NCBI RefSeq assembly: GCF_006345805.1
Contig: NC_043010.1
Location: 66,402,001-66,466,000 of the forward strand
Source of the DNA: Octopus sinensis
Lineage: Eukaryota
Direction of reading: 5' to 3'
DNA: 64,000 bases
The position numbers and the translations under genes were made by a program. The notes under the pieces were generated by a model, which did not search any database, was not told the DNA's origin, and was given only the letters and a program-made list of their open reading frames with translations. This document shows positions 12,161 to 25,900 of this stretch, piece after piece. Every line of letters begins with the position of its first letter. The first letter of the stretch is position 1.

Positions 12161-14902
12161 TTATGTAAATCTCTGTATATGGGTGTTTAAATATAAATAT
12201 ATGTGAATACATACACACATACATCCACACACACACTTGTGTCTGGGTGTGTGAACCCTCTTTATATTCATTTCTCTTCCGGTCCTAAACGACCTGTGTG
12301 AGTGGGAAGTTTGAAAACTTTTATCGCCTGTTGCTGTTTCTGAGCACCTGTCATTGGGAGTTTGGGCCGCCCAGGTTATAAAGCTCCATTTTGGATATTT
12401 TAAATTTAAACTTAAAACAAGCAACGGTGTGCAAATTAATTATCTTTTCTTATCGTCGTCTCACTAAACTTTATTTTGTCTTCGTTATCTTACTTTTGGT
12501 TGTGTTTTTTTTAAAGGTATAGAAACAGAGACTGAGATAGATAGGTAGGTAGATAGATAGATAGATAGAGAGAGAGTGTGTGTGTTGAAATCTTTACAAA
12601 ACCAACCTTTTGTTTAAACAGGATTAAATGTGGGGGAAAAAAACCTATGCGGTCTCTCGGTCGGCTAGAAATAGCAGTCAAATTTTCAAATCACCTCACC
12701 AGACAGAACATTCTTGTTATATATATATTAAAAAATAAAAAGGGCACATTGTATCAGAAATAATTGAAGTGGGGAGAACTAAGGGCAGACTTTGGGAGCT
12801 GCTGTCCCATGTAAGTTGGAATGTCTCCGTTTTGGTCGGGATTTTTTCAAATGTGTTCTGCTTTTGTTGTGTCACACACATTCCTAAACAATGAGGTTAG
12901 TAGGGGAGCCTTAAAAAAATTTTAATTCGAGACGTGGAAAATTCTAAAAGCGATTATAAATATCGAAGAAATATATGTAAAAAAAATGACAAACGTTTCC
13001 CTAGATATACTATGTATGGAAAAAAAAATAATAATAAATAAAAGTTGGTGTGGTCATGACTGGAACGATTTTAATCCTAGGGCTAAGCTATCAGGGATGA
13101 GCTGGGGCTAAATAAATAACCTGATTAAATGTTTTATGAAGTATTTTGTTTGGGCTCTCTTCGATCAGAAATCGAAACACTGAAAATAAATTATTATTGT
13201 TCAGTATGGTGTCAAACTTCAGAACAAGCTGACCTATGATCAAAGAAAGACATTCCAGCCATGATCACTTCTTTTATATATTTTTTTCCTCATACATTAT
13301 ATCTATAAATACACTATTTAAAACAAGGTTGCAGGTTGAGCCGATTCTGCTGCTTTTTCTAGCCGGTCAAGCGACCACGTAGAATGGCTACCTCGACGTG
13401 TGGTTGTTGTTTAACCCCAGGTAAGCCTTGATAAAGCAAACCTGTGATCAAATGCATTTCTGCTGTGCTGACCTCGTCTTTGTATAGCTACGACTCCATG
13501 TGACCCCTCATTTTTAAGGTGGTAAGGTGTGATCAACAGCGGCCACCAGTAAACAGTAAATGAGGAAGCTTAATAAACGTGGTCACTCGACCTGCTAGAA
13601 ATAGCAGCGAAATCACTCTCTACAACAGACGTTCTCAGTCGGGAGTCCACATGGCCCTTAAGAGTCCATATAAGATTTTGCTTTTAAAAATTATATGCAA
13701 TAAATCAGTTATTCTTCTACAATGCACAAAATATTTCGACAATTTTTTCATACAATTCCTAATAATATTATATCAGGTGGTGCTATTAAGTTAGACATGG
13801 CCTGGACCAATCTTTGGTCGAAAGATATCTAAGTTTATCTAAGTTTAACATGAACAGGATAAATATCTATATTTTGCTGGAAATCTGACTCATGGCTGGC
13901 CACCGACAGATTTTTCTGCAAAATATGGATAGTTTATCTTGTTCATGCTATATTAATAGCATTATCCTGCGTTTGAGAATAAAATTATTTCCTTATCTTT
14001 CAATACATCTCAACGCTTCTCAAAGCAAACTTCGTTGACTTTCAACCTAAGTTGAATATAACGTACAATATAATAGGATATTTTTTTTTAGAACTTCAAA
14101 TGGCTATGAAGGTCCAGTAAAGTAAAATAGGAATGAAAGGGGTCTCCAGAGAAAAAACAAAATGGTTGAAAACCACTGTTTTGCAATCTTAGAATAAGGA
14201 TTCGTTGGATAATGAGTCCTAGATATACAAAAATACGGGATGGTCGCCGATGAAGCGCTTTGATGATAGGCATCTTTAATCATAGGTAATTTTGGGGTTA
14301 AAATCAAGGAGACAGATTCTGCATCTTCGTTCGACATGTCAGAAAAAACAGTTATCCCTGAAATCACCTTTCCCCTTTCGTATTAAAAAAAAAAGAAGTA
14401 GAAAAATAAGAAAAAGGACACGCTGGAAAAGTGTAGTCCAAGATACATTAAACAGACGGGATGGTCACGGATAGAACTCCTTTGATCGTAAATCAGCTCT
14501 GTGAGGCTGAACATATTCAAAAACACCAACGACAGCATGATGGTGACAAAGACGAAATAATTCTCCGTTAAAATCGTTGTTTATCCCCCGAGGAAAAACT
14601 ATGAACGTTGAAACAATTTACTGTCCCACTTCTTTACACTCTAATTAAATCCTATGTGTGTTTGTGGGAGGGGACTTCTCACCCACCCTCGGGCGTATTT
14701 TCTTTCATCTGCGTTCAAATTTGAAAGCACTTGCTAACGAAATCTCTAAAAACCCCCGTTTGTAGTAATTTAATATGGGTTGCTACTGCATAGTTTTGAA
14801 TTTAATTTTTTCCCTCTGCACACTGCAAGCAACCTCGCAGATTCTTATTCACTTGAATAAGAATATTTTGTACGTGATTGATTGTAATTCTTTACTCTAG
14901 GC

Positions 14903-15063
14903 CAGTGCTTTTTCAAACTTTTTGCTGGAGCAGAACCCCAAGGAAACATTCCATTGGCTCGGGGAACCCCTGAGAATTAAAAATTACTGCCGATTTTAGC
15001 AGTTTTGTAACTTCTTGCGGAACCCCTGGACTGTGCTGGCGGAACCCTGGTTGAAAACCACTG
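14903..15063 (+). mobile_element. hAT-type MITE with a perfect 8-bp TSD
   Basis: Ends CAGTGCTTTTTCAA and TTGAAAACCACTG; CTCTAGGC at 14895-14902 and 15064-15071. Confidence 0.85.
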
Positions 15064-15261
15064 CTCTAGGCACAAGACCCGAAATTAAATCAACCCCAGT
15101 ACGCAACTGGTACTTAATTTATCAACCCCGAAAAGATGAAAGGTCGACCTCGGCGGAATTTGAACTGAACCACTAAGCATTTCGCCCGCCGCTTTGTGAT
15201 TGATTGTTATTAAGATAATAATGGCCCCGAAAGCAGGATATTTATTATTTTTTGACATTCC

Positions 15262-15885
15262 TTTTACTTGCTTCAGTCGTTGGACTGCGCGGCCATGCTG
15301 GGGCATCGCCTTGAATTGTTTTAGTCGAATGAATCAAATATTTGTTTTCATTTAAGCCTGGTACTTATTCTATCGGTCTCTTAGAATCGATAAGTTACGA
15401 GGACGTAGACAAACCAACACCAGTTGTCAAGCGGTGGTGAGGGACAAAGACACTCATGCATACACACACACATGACGGGCTTCTTTCAGTTTCCACCTAT
15501 TGAACCCACTCTCAAGGCTTTGGTCGGCCCGGAGCTATAGCAAAGAACTGTTGCCCAAGGTGCCATGCAGTGGGACTGAACCCGGAACCATGTGGTTGGG
15601 AAGCAAACTTCTTGTCACACAGCCACCTCTGCGCCTATGTGTAAACTCAAAGGTGTTTATGATATACTCTTTACTCTTTTACTTGTTTCAGTCATTTGAC
15701 TGCGGCCATGCTGGAGCACCGCCTTTAATCGAGCAACTCGACCTCGGGACTTATTGTTTTGTAAGCCCAGTACTTATTCTATCGGTTTCTTTTGCCGAAC
15801 CGCTAAGTAACGGGGACATAAACACACCAGCATCGGTTGTCAAGCAATGCTAGGGGGGACAAACACAGACACACAAACACACACA

Positions 15886-15931
<46 letters not shown>

Positions 15932-16096
15932 ATACACGACGGGCTTCTTTCAGTTTCCGTCTACCAAATCCAATCACAAGGCTTTGGTCGGCCCGAGGCT
16001 ATAGTAGAAGACACTTGCCCAAGGTGCCACGCAGTGGGACTGAATCCGGAACCATGTGGTTGGTAAACAAGCTACTTACCACACAGCCACTCCTGC
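15262..16096 (-). mobile_element. Two adjacent family A SINEs (15262-15637 and 15666-16096)
   Basis: Both complete and in the same orientation. Confidence 0.85.
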
Positions 16097-17291
16097 AATT
16101 TTTCTATTTGCTGTTAATAACAAATGATATATTATTTTAAAATGAAATTCCTATCTTATTTATGTCTGAGATAAAACATTTCCCTCCCCTGGGACACCCC
16201 GTCGAGGATTGATCAGCTCCCAGCCTGTGTCCAGTTGACACCTGACCTCTGCAGTGTTTTACAGCGTCTTGGTCTTCAGCCACCTTAAGGCAACGTTTCC
16301 GTACATCATCCTGTGATGGCCCTAAAGATGTCATCAACGATGTTTCTTGAGTGTTTCGGGTCTTTCAGCAATCAGAAACCCCACCTCCTAGGACACCCCG
16401 TCTAATGTTGATCAGACCCTAGCCTGTGTCCAGTTAACACTGTCCTTTCCAGGATTTACAACGTCTTGATCTTTAGCCATATCCAACTTGATGGCCTTCT
16501 CGTCTACTGTCTCTCGTGATGACCTGTGTGTTGTCCACAGGGTCATATTAGGCGGCGAGCTGGCAGAAATGTTAGCACGCCGGGCGAAATGTTTAAGGTT
16601 AGTCAGGGTTAGTTAGGGTTAGGGATAGGGGTGGGGGGAGGGTATCTTTTTTTCTTCAGAAATGTAAATAAACCCAATCTGTTTCTTAAACGAGGGACAT
16701 ATTCATACGGCACAGAATGTTTTTCACCTCAATAGACGTCATTGATTGGTTGAAATTGCAGAAATTGAAAAAAAAAAAAAAAAACACAAATATCTTACAA
16801 ACTATAGAATTTTCTCAATAAAGCCAAGAGAAAAAGATGTTTTATAAACACATTCTACCAGTATACGAAGTTTAAAAGTGTTTAGTTACGTGGAAATTAT
16901 TTTAAAAAACTGCCGGTCCAACCGAAAAGATCCTGGAACAAAATCACGTTTTATTCAACACCATAAATAAAGCTTGGAAACAAGAAACAAAAAAATTGTA
17001 TTTGCTATTTATGAAAGTTTTCCATTGGCTGTTTTTTTTCCTCTAACCTTTTCTCTGACCTTTTCTACGATTTCGCCTCCTCGAATTCTGCGCTTTTTTT
17101 CATACATAATTCATCATGGATTACATTTCTAATGTGTCACTCCCTTGCAATATGATAAGGGTGTGCTTTAAGAGACATATGACTGCTATTTCTAGCTGGT
17201 CGAATTACCGCATGTATAGTCTCTTTGTTGTTGGTGTTTAATCCCGGATTAAACCAGATTTGAGTAGACTTATATAAATAAAACTTGTTCT

Positions 17292-20200
17292 AGATCTTTT
17301 ATCGTCTGCTTGTTTCTGTCATTTGACTGCGGCCATGCTGGGGCACCGCATTCAAGAATATTTAGTCGAATGAATCGACCCCAGTAGATCTTTTATCGTC
17401 TGCTTGTTTCTGTCATTTGACTGCGGCCATGCTGGGGCACCGCATTCAAGAATATTTAGTCGAATGAGTCGACACCAGTAGATCTTTTATCGTCTGCTTG
17501 TTTCTGTCATTTGACTGCAGCCATGCTGGGGCACCGCATTCAAGAATATTTAGTCGAATGAATCGACCCCAGTAGATCTTTTATCGTCTGCTTGTTTCTG
17601 TCATTTGACTGCGGCCATGCTGGGGCACCGCATTCAAGAATATTTAGTCGAATGAGTCGACACCAGTAGATCTTTTATCGTCTGCTTGTTTCTGTCATTT
17701 GACTGCGGCCATGCTGGGGCACCGCATTCAAGAATATTTAGTCGAATGAATCGACCCCAGTAGATCTTTTATCGTCTGCTTGTTTCAGTCATTTGACTGC
17801 GCCATGCTGGGGCACCGCATTCAGAATATTAGTCGAATGAATCGACCCCAGTAGATCTTTTATCGTCTGCTTGTTTCTGTCATTTGACTGCGCCATGCTG
17901 GGGAACCGCATTCAAGAATATTTAGTCGAATGAATCGACCCCAGTAGATCTTTTATCGTCTGCTTGTTTCTGTCATTTGACTGCGGCCATCTGGGGCACC
18001 GCATTCAAGAATATTTAGTCGAATGAATCGACCCCAGTAGATCTTTTATCGTCTGCTTGTTTCTGTCATTTGACTGCGGCCATGCTGGGGCACCGCATTC
18101 AAGAATATTTAGTCGAATGAATCGACCCCAGTAGATCTTTTATCGTCTGCTTGTTTCAGTCATTTGACTGCGGCCATGCTGGGGCACCGCATTCAAGAAT
18201 ATTAGTCGAATGAATCGACCCCAGTAGATCTTTTATCGTCTGCTTGTTTCAGTCATTTGACTGCGGCCATGCTGGGGCACCGCATTCAAGAATATTTAGT
18301 CGAATGAATCAACCCCAGTAGATCTTTTATCGTCTGCTTGTTTCAGTCATTTGACTGCGGCCATGCTGGGGCACCGCATTCAATATTTAGTCGAATGAAT
18401 CGACCCCAGTAGATCTTTTATCGTCTGCTTGTTTCTGTCATTTGACTGCGGCCATGCTGGGGCACCGCATTCAAGAATATTTAGTCGAATGAATCGACCC
18501 CAGTAGATCTTTTATCGTCTGCTTTTTCTGTCATTTGACTGCGGCCATGCTAGGGCACCGCATTCAAGAATATTTAGTCGAATGAATCGACCCCAGTAGA
18601 TCTTTTATCGTCTGCTTGTTTCTGTCATTTGACTGCAGCCATGCTGGGGCACCGCATTCAAGAATATTTAGTCGAATGAATCGACCCCAGTAGATCTTTT
18701 ATCGTCTGCTTGTTTCTGTCATTTCACTGCGGCCATGCTGGGGCACCGCATTCAAGAATATTTAGTCGAATGAATCGACCCCAGTTGATCTTTTATCGTC
18801 TGCTTGTTTCTGTCATTTGACTGCGCCATGCTGGGGCACCGCATTCAAGAATATTTAGTCGAATGAATCAACCCCAGTAGATCTTTTATCGTCTGCTTGT
18901 TTCTGTCATTTGACTGCGGCCATGCTGGCACCGCATCAAGAATATTTAGTCGAATGAATCGACCCCAGTAGATCTTTTATCGTCTGCTTGTTTCAGTCAT
19001 TTGACTGCGGCCATGCTGGGGCACCGCATTCAAGAATATTTAGTCGAATGAATCGACCCCAGTAGATCTTTTATCGTCTGCTTGTTTCTGTCATTTGACT
19101 GCGGCCATGCTGGGGAACCGCATTCAAGAATATTTAGTCGAATGAATCGACCCCAGTAATCTTTTTCGTCTGCTTGTTTCTGTCATTTGACTGCGGCCAT
19201 GCTGGGGCACCGCATTCAAGAATATTAGTCGAAGAATCGACCCCAGTAGATCTTTTATCGTCTGCTTGTTTCTGTCATTTGACTGGCGGCCATGCTGGGG
19301 CACCGCATTCAGAATATTTAGTCGAATGAATCGACCCCATAGATCTTTTATCGTCTGCTTGTTTCAGTCATTTGACTGCGGCCATGCTGGGGCACCGCAT
19401 TCAAGAATATTAGTCGAATGAATCAACCCCCTAAAGATCTTTTTATCGTCTGCTTGTTTCAGTCATTTGACTGCGGCCATGCTGGGGCACCGCATTCAAG
19501 AATATTTAGTCGAATGAATCAACCCCAGTAGATCTTTTATCGTCTGCTTGTTTCAGTCATTTGATCTGCGGCCATGCTGGGGCACCGCATTCAAGAATAT
19601 TTAGTCGAATGATCGACCCCCAGTAGACTTCTTTATCGTCTGCTTGTTTCTGTCATTTGACTGCGGCCATGCTGGGGCACCGCATTCAAGAATATTTAGT
19701 CGAATGAATCGACCCCAGTAGATCTTTTATCGTCTGCTTGTTTCTGTCATTTGACTGCGGCCATGCTAGGGCACCGCATTCAAGAATATTTAGTCGAATG
19801 AATCAACCCCAGTAGATCTTTTATCGTCTGCTTGTTTCAGTCATTTGACTGCGGCCATGCTGGGGCACCGCATTCAAGAATATTTAGTCGAATGAGTCGA
19901 CACCAGTAGATCTTTTATCGTCTGCTTGTTTCTGTCATTTGACTGCAGTCATGCTGGGGCACCGCATTCAAGAATATTTAGTCGAATGAATCGACCCCAG
20001 TAGATCTTTTATCGTCTGCTTGTTTCTGTCATTTGACTGCGGCCATGCTGGGGCAACCGCATTCAAGAATATTTAGTCGAATGAATCGACCCCAGTAGAT
20101 CTTTTATCGTCTCCTTGTTTCTGTCATTTGACTGCGGCCATGCTGGGGCACCGCATTCAAGAATATTTAGTCGAATGAATCGACCCCAGTAGATCTTTTA

Positions 20201-21505
20201 TCGTCTGCTTGTTTCTGTCATTTGACTGCGGCCATGCTGGGGCAACCGCATTCAAGAATATTTAGTCGAATGAATCGACCCCAGTAGATCTTTTATCGTC
20301 TGCTGTTTCTGTCATTTGACTGCGGCCATGCTGGGGCACCGCATTCAAGAATATTAGTCGAATGAGTCGACACCAGTAGATCTTTTATCGTCTTCTTGTT
20401 TCTGTCATTTGACTGCGGCCATGCTGGGGCACCGCATTCAAGAATATTTAGTCGAATGAATCGACCTCAGTAGATCTTTTATCGTCTGCTTGTTTCAGTC
20501 ATTTGACTGCGGCCATGCTGGGGCACCGCATTCAAGAATATTTAGTCGAATGAATCGACCCCAGTAGATCTTTTATCGTCTGCTTGTTTCAGTCATTTGA
20601 CTGCGGCCATGCTGGGGCACCGCATTCAAGAATATTTAGTCGAATGAATCGACCCCAGTAGATCTTTTATCGTCTGCTTGTTTCTGTCATTTGACTGCGG
20701 CCATGCTGGGGCACCGCATTCAAGAATATTTAGTCGAATGAATCGACCCCAGTAGATCTTTTATCGTCTGCTTGTTTCTGTCATTTGACTGCGGCCATGC
20801 TGGGGCACCGCATTCAAGAATATTTAGTCGAATGAATCGACCCCAGTAGATCTTTTATCGTCTGCTTGTTTCTGTCATTTGACTGCGGCCATGCTGGGGC
20901 ACCGCATTCAAGAATATTTAGTCGAATGAATCGACCCCAGTAGATCTTTTATCGTCTGCTTGTTTCTGTCATTTGACTGCGGCCATGCTGGGGCACACCG
21001 CATTCAAGAATATTTAGTCGAATGAATCAACCCCAGTAGATCTTTTATCGTCTGCTTGTTTCAGTCATTTGACTGCGGCCATGCTGGGGCACCGCATTCA
21101 AGAATATTTAGTCGAATGAATCGGCCCCAGTAGATCTTTTATCGTCTGCTTGTTTCTGTCATTTGACTGCGGCCATGCTGGGGCACCGCATTCAAGAATA
21201 TTTAGTCGAATGAATCGACCCCAGTAGATCTTTTATCGTCTGCTTGTTTCAGTCATTTGACTGCGGCCATGCTGGGGCACCGCATTCAAGAATATTTAGT
21301 CGAATGAATCGACCCCAGTAGATCTTTTATCGTCTGCTTGTTTCTGTCATTTGACTGCGGCCATGCTGGGGCACCGCATTCAAGAATATTTAGTCGAATG
21401 AATCGACCCCAGTTGATCTTTTATCGTCTTGTTTCAGTCATTAGACTGCGGCCATGCTGGAGCACCGCATTCAAGAATATTTAACCGAATGAGTCGACCC
21501 CAGTA
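17292..21505. repeat. 94-bp satellite array, about 45 units, derived from the antisense 3' end of a family A SINE
   Basis: Unit AGATCTTTTATCGTCTGCTTGTTTCTGTCATTTGACTGCGGCCATGCTGGGGCACCGCATTCAAGAATATTTAGTCGAATGAATCGACCCCAGT. The first two units start at 17292 and 17386. Confidence 0.97.
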
Positions 21506-21814
21506 CTTACAGGTCTAAGGGCCCAGTTCAGATCTATGCATGCCCTGGTTTGCTATCGATATATATATAGTGTCCGGGGACCTATGAAGCTGTTAAGACG
21601 TCTCCTGCTTCCGAGTGGCCTTTTGGCTGCCACCGGGAAACTGCACGACTCCATTTGATGTCTGTGAATCTTGCGACATGTTTGACTCGTATATATTGGG
21701 TAAGAATACGCAAAAAGAAAAAAAAATCGAAGGAAAAAGAAAGACTGTGCCAGATATCTAAAGGCTGACGTCGAAGGAAAGGAGACAGAATCCAGGCAAA
21801 TGAGAGTTGGCTAT

Positions 21815-22043
21815 AGGTGCAGGTTTGGGTGTGTGCCAAGTTTACCTTCCTAACCGTATGGTTCTGGGGTTCAGTCCCATTTCGTAGCACCTTCGACGTC
21901 TTAAATGATAGCCTTACACCCGCCAAAACCGATAGAATAAGTACTAGGCTTACAAAGAATAAGTCCTGGTGTCGATTTGCTCGACTAAAAGCGGTGATCC
22001 AGCATGGCCACAGTCAAATGACTGAAACAAGTAAAAGAGTATT
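21815..22043 (+). mobile_element. Family A SINE, internally deleted
   Basis: Degenerate head joined to an intact tail. Confidence 0.7.
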
Positions 22044-23389
22044 TTAAAACGGAGTTACTTTCCCATTACTCTGTAGTTATAGAAGTTAGTATAAAAATAG
22101 ATTAAACTGGAAAATCTGGAAAGAGAGAATTCATAGTAATTCTTCATAAATAAGTAGATATCGTGAGATATATATATATATATATTTAGTAAATATAAAC
22201 TAGCGTGGGAAGAAATTAGTTGTTCTGTGTTGGTAAAAATGAATTTAATAGGGTTTAGAATTTATATATCACGCCCTCGGCATACAAACTTATTCATATT
22301 TGCTAACGATAAAAAGCAAAATAAAATCTACCGTTACAAGTTGAAGAAGTGAGCAGAAGTAAGCACAAGCGAAAAGTTCATTCTATGTTTTTGGTGGTGG
22401 TGGAGGGGAGGGGATTGAAAAAATGTCCAGAAAAATCCATCATCTAGAAATAGCCAAATCTCCTCAAACACTACCATCTTAAGACATTCATGTAAAAAAA
22501 AAAGGACCCCTAGAAAGTTACCCCACGAGGCAAGGTTGTTTGTGGAAGACCAGCAGTCACCCATGCATACCAGCTTCCCTTCTCCATGTCACCAATGTTA
22601 TCCAAGGGAAAGGCAAAGGCCGATACAGCTTGACACCTGTGACGTCGCAACTCATTTCTACAGCTGAGTGAACTGGAGCAACATGAAATAAAGTGTCTAG
22701 CTCAAGAACACAACTCACAGCCTGGTCTGGAAAAGTTTGTTCTAAACTTTCATGCGTGTTTTTCAGACATTTAGTTAGTCCTTGTTTCATACGTCCTGAA
22801 TCATATAAAAGCTTTCCTTTCATAAGTTCCAAGTTACTGTAGTGCTTGATAAAAAATGGGAATGTCTATCATATATGTGTAGATGCCAGGGTAATATGCC
22901 CTGGGTATCATTTGTGATACACAAGACAGATATATCGGTATAGGTAGGGTGCTGCCTCGAAAGGGAGGATTTAATCACAGTTCATATTTATGTCCCCCAC
23001 CCCTTATATACCAGTGGTTCTCAGCCACATTTTGCCTATAGACCCCATTTTGCCTATAGACCCTGTTTTACCCTCCTGGACCCGCGTACCTATTCAGTGT
23101 TTAAAAAAGAATCCCTATTGTATTTCTTTTATTCTTTTATTTGCTTCAGTCATGTAATTGCGGCCATTGCTGGAGCACCGTCTTTAGTCGAACAAATTGA
23201 CCCCAGGACTTACTTTGTAAGCCTAGTACTTATTCTATCGGTCTATTGCCAAACCGCTAAATTACGGGGACGTAAACACACCAACATCGGTTGTCAAGCG
23301 ATGGAGGAGGGACAAACACAGATACACAAACATATACACATACATACATATATTTATATACATAAATGTATAATGGCGTCTGTGTATTT

Positions 23390-24086
23390 GGGGTTACTAT
23401 AACTCCTCCCACACCGTCCAACCCATTTTAATGATTTTTGGCACATAAATAGATCACATGTCCTGAAATTCAAATAAGGCCGGAATTTTTCGAAAACTCG
23501 ATGATGCTTAGTTGGCATCGATTTTTGTGAGTTCAATCGGGCGTTTGAATGGAAATTCCCATTTTTTTCCTGCAGCTTTTGCATTTTTTGTCCAATTTGG
23601 ATGAAAATCGATGAGTGAGCGAGGCTCATGGCAGTGAGTTGATGTCAGTATATCGATAATTGCGCCTGAGCAGTGGTTTTATAAAATCAATAAGCTTTTT
23701 CCATGCAACTACTCATAGGGATTTTATTTTTGGCCGTAACTTTTATATTTTCATGTAAATGGTCACATGTATTCTATTTTATGACACAACCATAACACTT
23801 TTCTTCGGATTTCGCTGAGATTGGACACGCTGATCAATTGTGTACAGAGGGTGGCATTAAGGGGAGAGAAATAAACAAACATCACTCTCAACGGGTCGAG
23901 GTACACCCAAAAGTTTGATTGCGATTTCAGACGGTCGAAAGCGTTAACCAGGTAAAATCCCTGCCGAACCAAATATAACATCTTAATGGGTAATAGTTGG
24001 CACGGAGAACGTAGATTTCAATACAAGGTCAGAGGTGGGCTTATCTTCAACACGGAAAACCCGAGCAATGTCGGGTCCAAAAGCTA

Positions 24087-24088
<2 letters not shown>
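23390..24088 (-). mobile_element. Probable non-autonomous Helitron-like element
   Basis: The minus strand starts ACTAGCTTTTGGACCCGACATTGCTCGGG, similar to the element at 7874. Confidence 0.45.
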
Positions 24089-24129
<41 letters not shown>

Positions 24130-24200
24130 ACGGGCTTCTTTCAGTTCCGTCTACCAAATCCACTCACAAGGCTTTGGTCGGCCCGAGGCTATAGTAGAAG

Positions 24201-24544
24201 GCCGACTATCCGGCCTCTTCCCAGGTGGATAACGGTCCTATTTTGCGGCCGTTCTTCGTGGAGGAGGTGAAAATTAATCGGAGACAGATGAATCCCTCCT
24301 CAGCGGCGGGTCCAGATGGACTTAGCGTTCGTGAGGTTAAGTCCATGGACACATGTAGCCTCGCCAACGTGTGTAACTGCATGTTGCTGGCCGGGAAGGT
24401 TTCCGACGTCTTGAAGCGTGATAAGTCCGTCCTTATACCCAAGAGGGCGGACGATCCTATGGATCTCACCAATTGGCGACCTTTGATGATATGTTCAGCG
24501 ATGTATCGTCTGTTTTCAATATGTTCAACGGTATATCGTCAGTC
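24201..24544 (+). mobile_element. R2-superfamily (R2/NeSL/Utopia-like) reverse transcriptase fragment inside a family A SINE
   Basis: Open frame with SAAGPDGL...KSVLIPK...D..NWRPL.ICSAMYRLF (RT domains 0-2). SINE sequence resumes on both sides. Confidence 0.85.
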
Positions 24545-25239
24545 CTGAACCCGGAGCCATGTAGTTGGTAAGCAAGATACTTACCATACAGTCAAGAAAA
24601 TCTTTTAAAATATTCTGTGTATTGTAATCAATTTTAACTGTAAAATCCTATATGAAACACCAAGGGCCTTATGGACACCGATTACCCTACATTGTAAGAG
24701 ATCTGCCACTTAGCCACCTTAAGGGATATAGTTGAATTTATTTATTTGTTCGAGGTTGTTGCTTCTTTCCGCCCCGTTGCTATTCACTGCTTCTTTTGTG
24801 TGTGATTCTTTGAGAGATAAAAAAAAAGTGAGCTTGACCTGGAAGGCGGGTTTAGAAATACGTCAGGATTTACTGACGACCTGCGATAATTATCTTTACC
24901 GCGAGGGACAATGCGAATAGCCATACATACGTACATACGAATACCCGTGCACACGCAACACACACACACACACACACACAAAACAAATGATCGGGATGAT
25001 CTAGGGCTGTTAAAATCTGTTAGACCTTAAGATTTAAAGGATGATGAACAAAACAAGAGATGTTTTATATGACACATTCGTCCAGTGTCAGAAGTTTGAA
25101 AGTGTGTAGTTACAAAAAAAAAAAAAAATTAATTTCTCGATCTGCTGATGAAAGTGAAGAGGTCCATGCTTTCTTTCACAACGTTGCTACCAAAGAGGTG
25201 ACCGGTCGAAATTTACTCTAAATTAAAAAGAGAAAGCGA

Positions 25240-25686
25240 AACATATACATACATACATACATACATGCATGCATGCATACATACATGCATGTATGCATAC
25301 ATACATACGTATACACATACATACATGTATACATACATGCATGCATACATACACACATGCATACATTACATGTATACATTACATACATACATACATACAT
25401 AGGCTAAGTCTTTAAGTTTACAGTCGCTACTTTTGTACTTCTAAAAAGACGTGCACGAACTAAGAATCTATCTATCTATACGATCCCTTTTGATCGAAAA
25501 CCTTCCTCACTTTTCTTTTTCTCCCCCAAAAGAAAAGCTCTACTTTGTAATTTGTCCCGTCTGTGTTCAGCCATGTGTGGCTAATAAAGAAGCATATCTA
25601 TCTAACGTCTCTCTTTCCGTCCATCCATCCATCCATCTGTCGTCTGCCTTTCTATCTGTCGTCTGTTTTTCTATCTATCTATCTAC

Positions 25687-25768
<82 letters not shown>

Positions 25769-25900
25769 GTCGTCTGTCTTTCTGTCTGTTTATGTATGTA
25801 TGTATGTATGTATGTATGTATGTATGTGTGTATGTGTGTATGTACGTATGTATATATGTATGTATGTATGTATGTATGTAGCTATCTATCTATATATCTA
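25240..25900. repeat. (CATA)n, (TCTA)n and (TGTA)n microsatellites
   Basis: Visible repeats. Confidence 0.9.

Noticed and set aside
16606-16634. Interstitial telomere (TTAGGG-like units; also 55323-55342)
   Set aside because: Only 2-3 imperfect units, at the edge of an unclassified repeat.
17292-21505. CRISPR-like regular array
   Set aside because: Units are near-identical end to end with no unique spacers, there are no cas genes, and the unit derives from a SINE tail.
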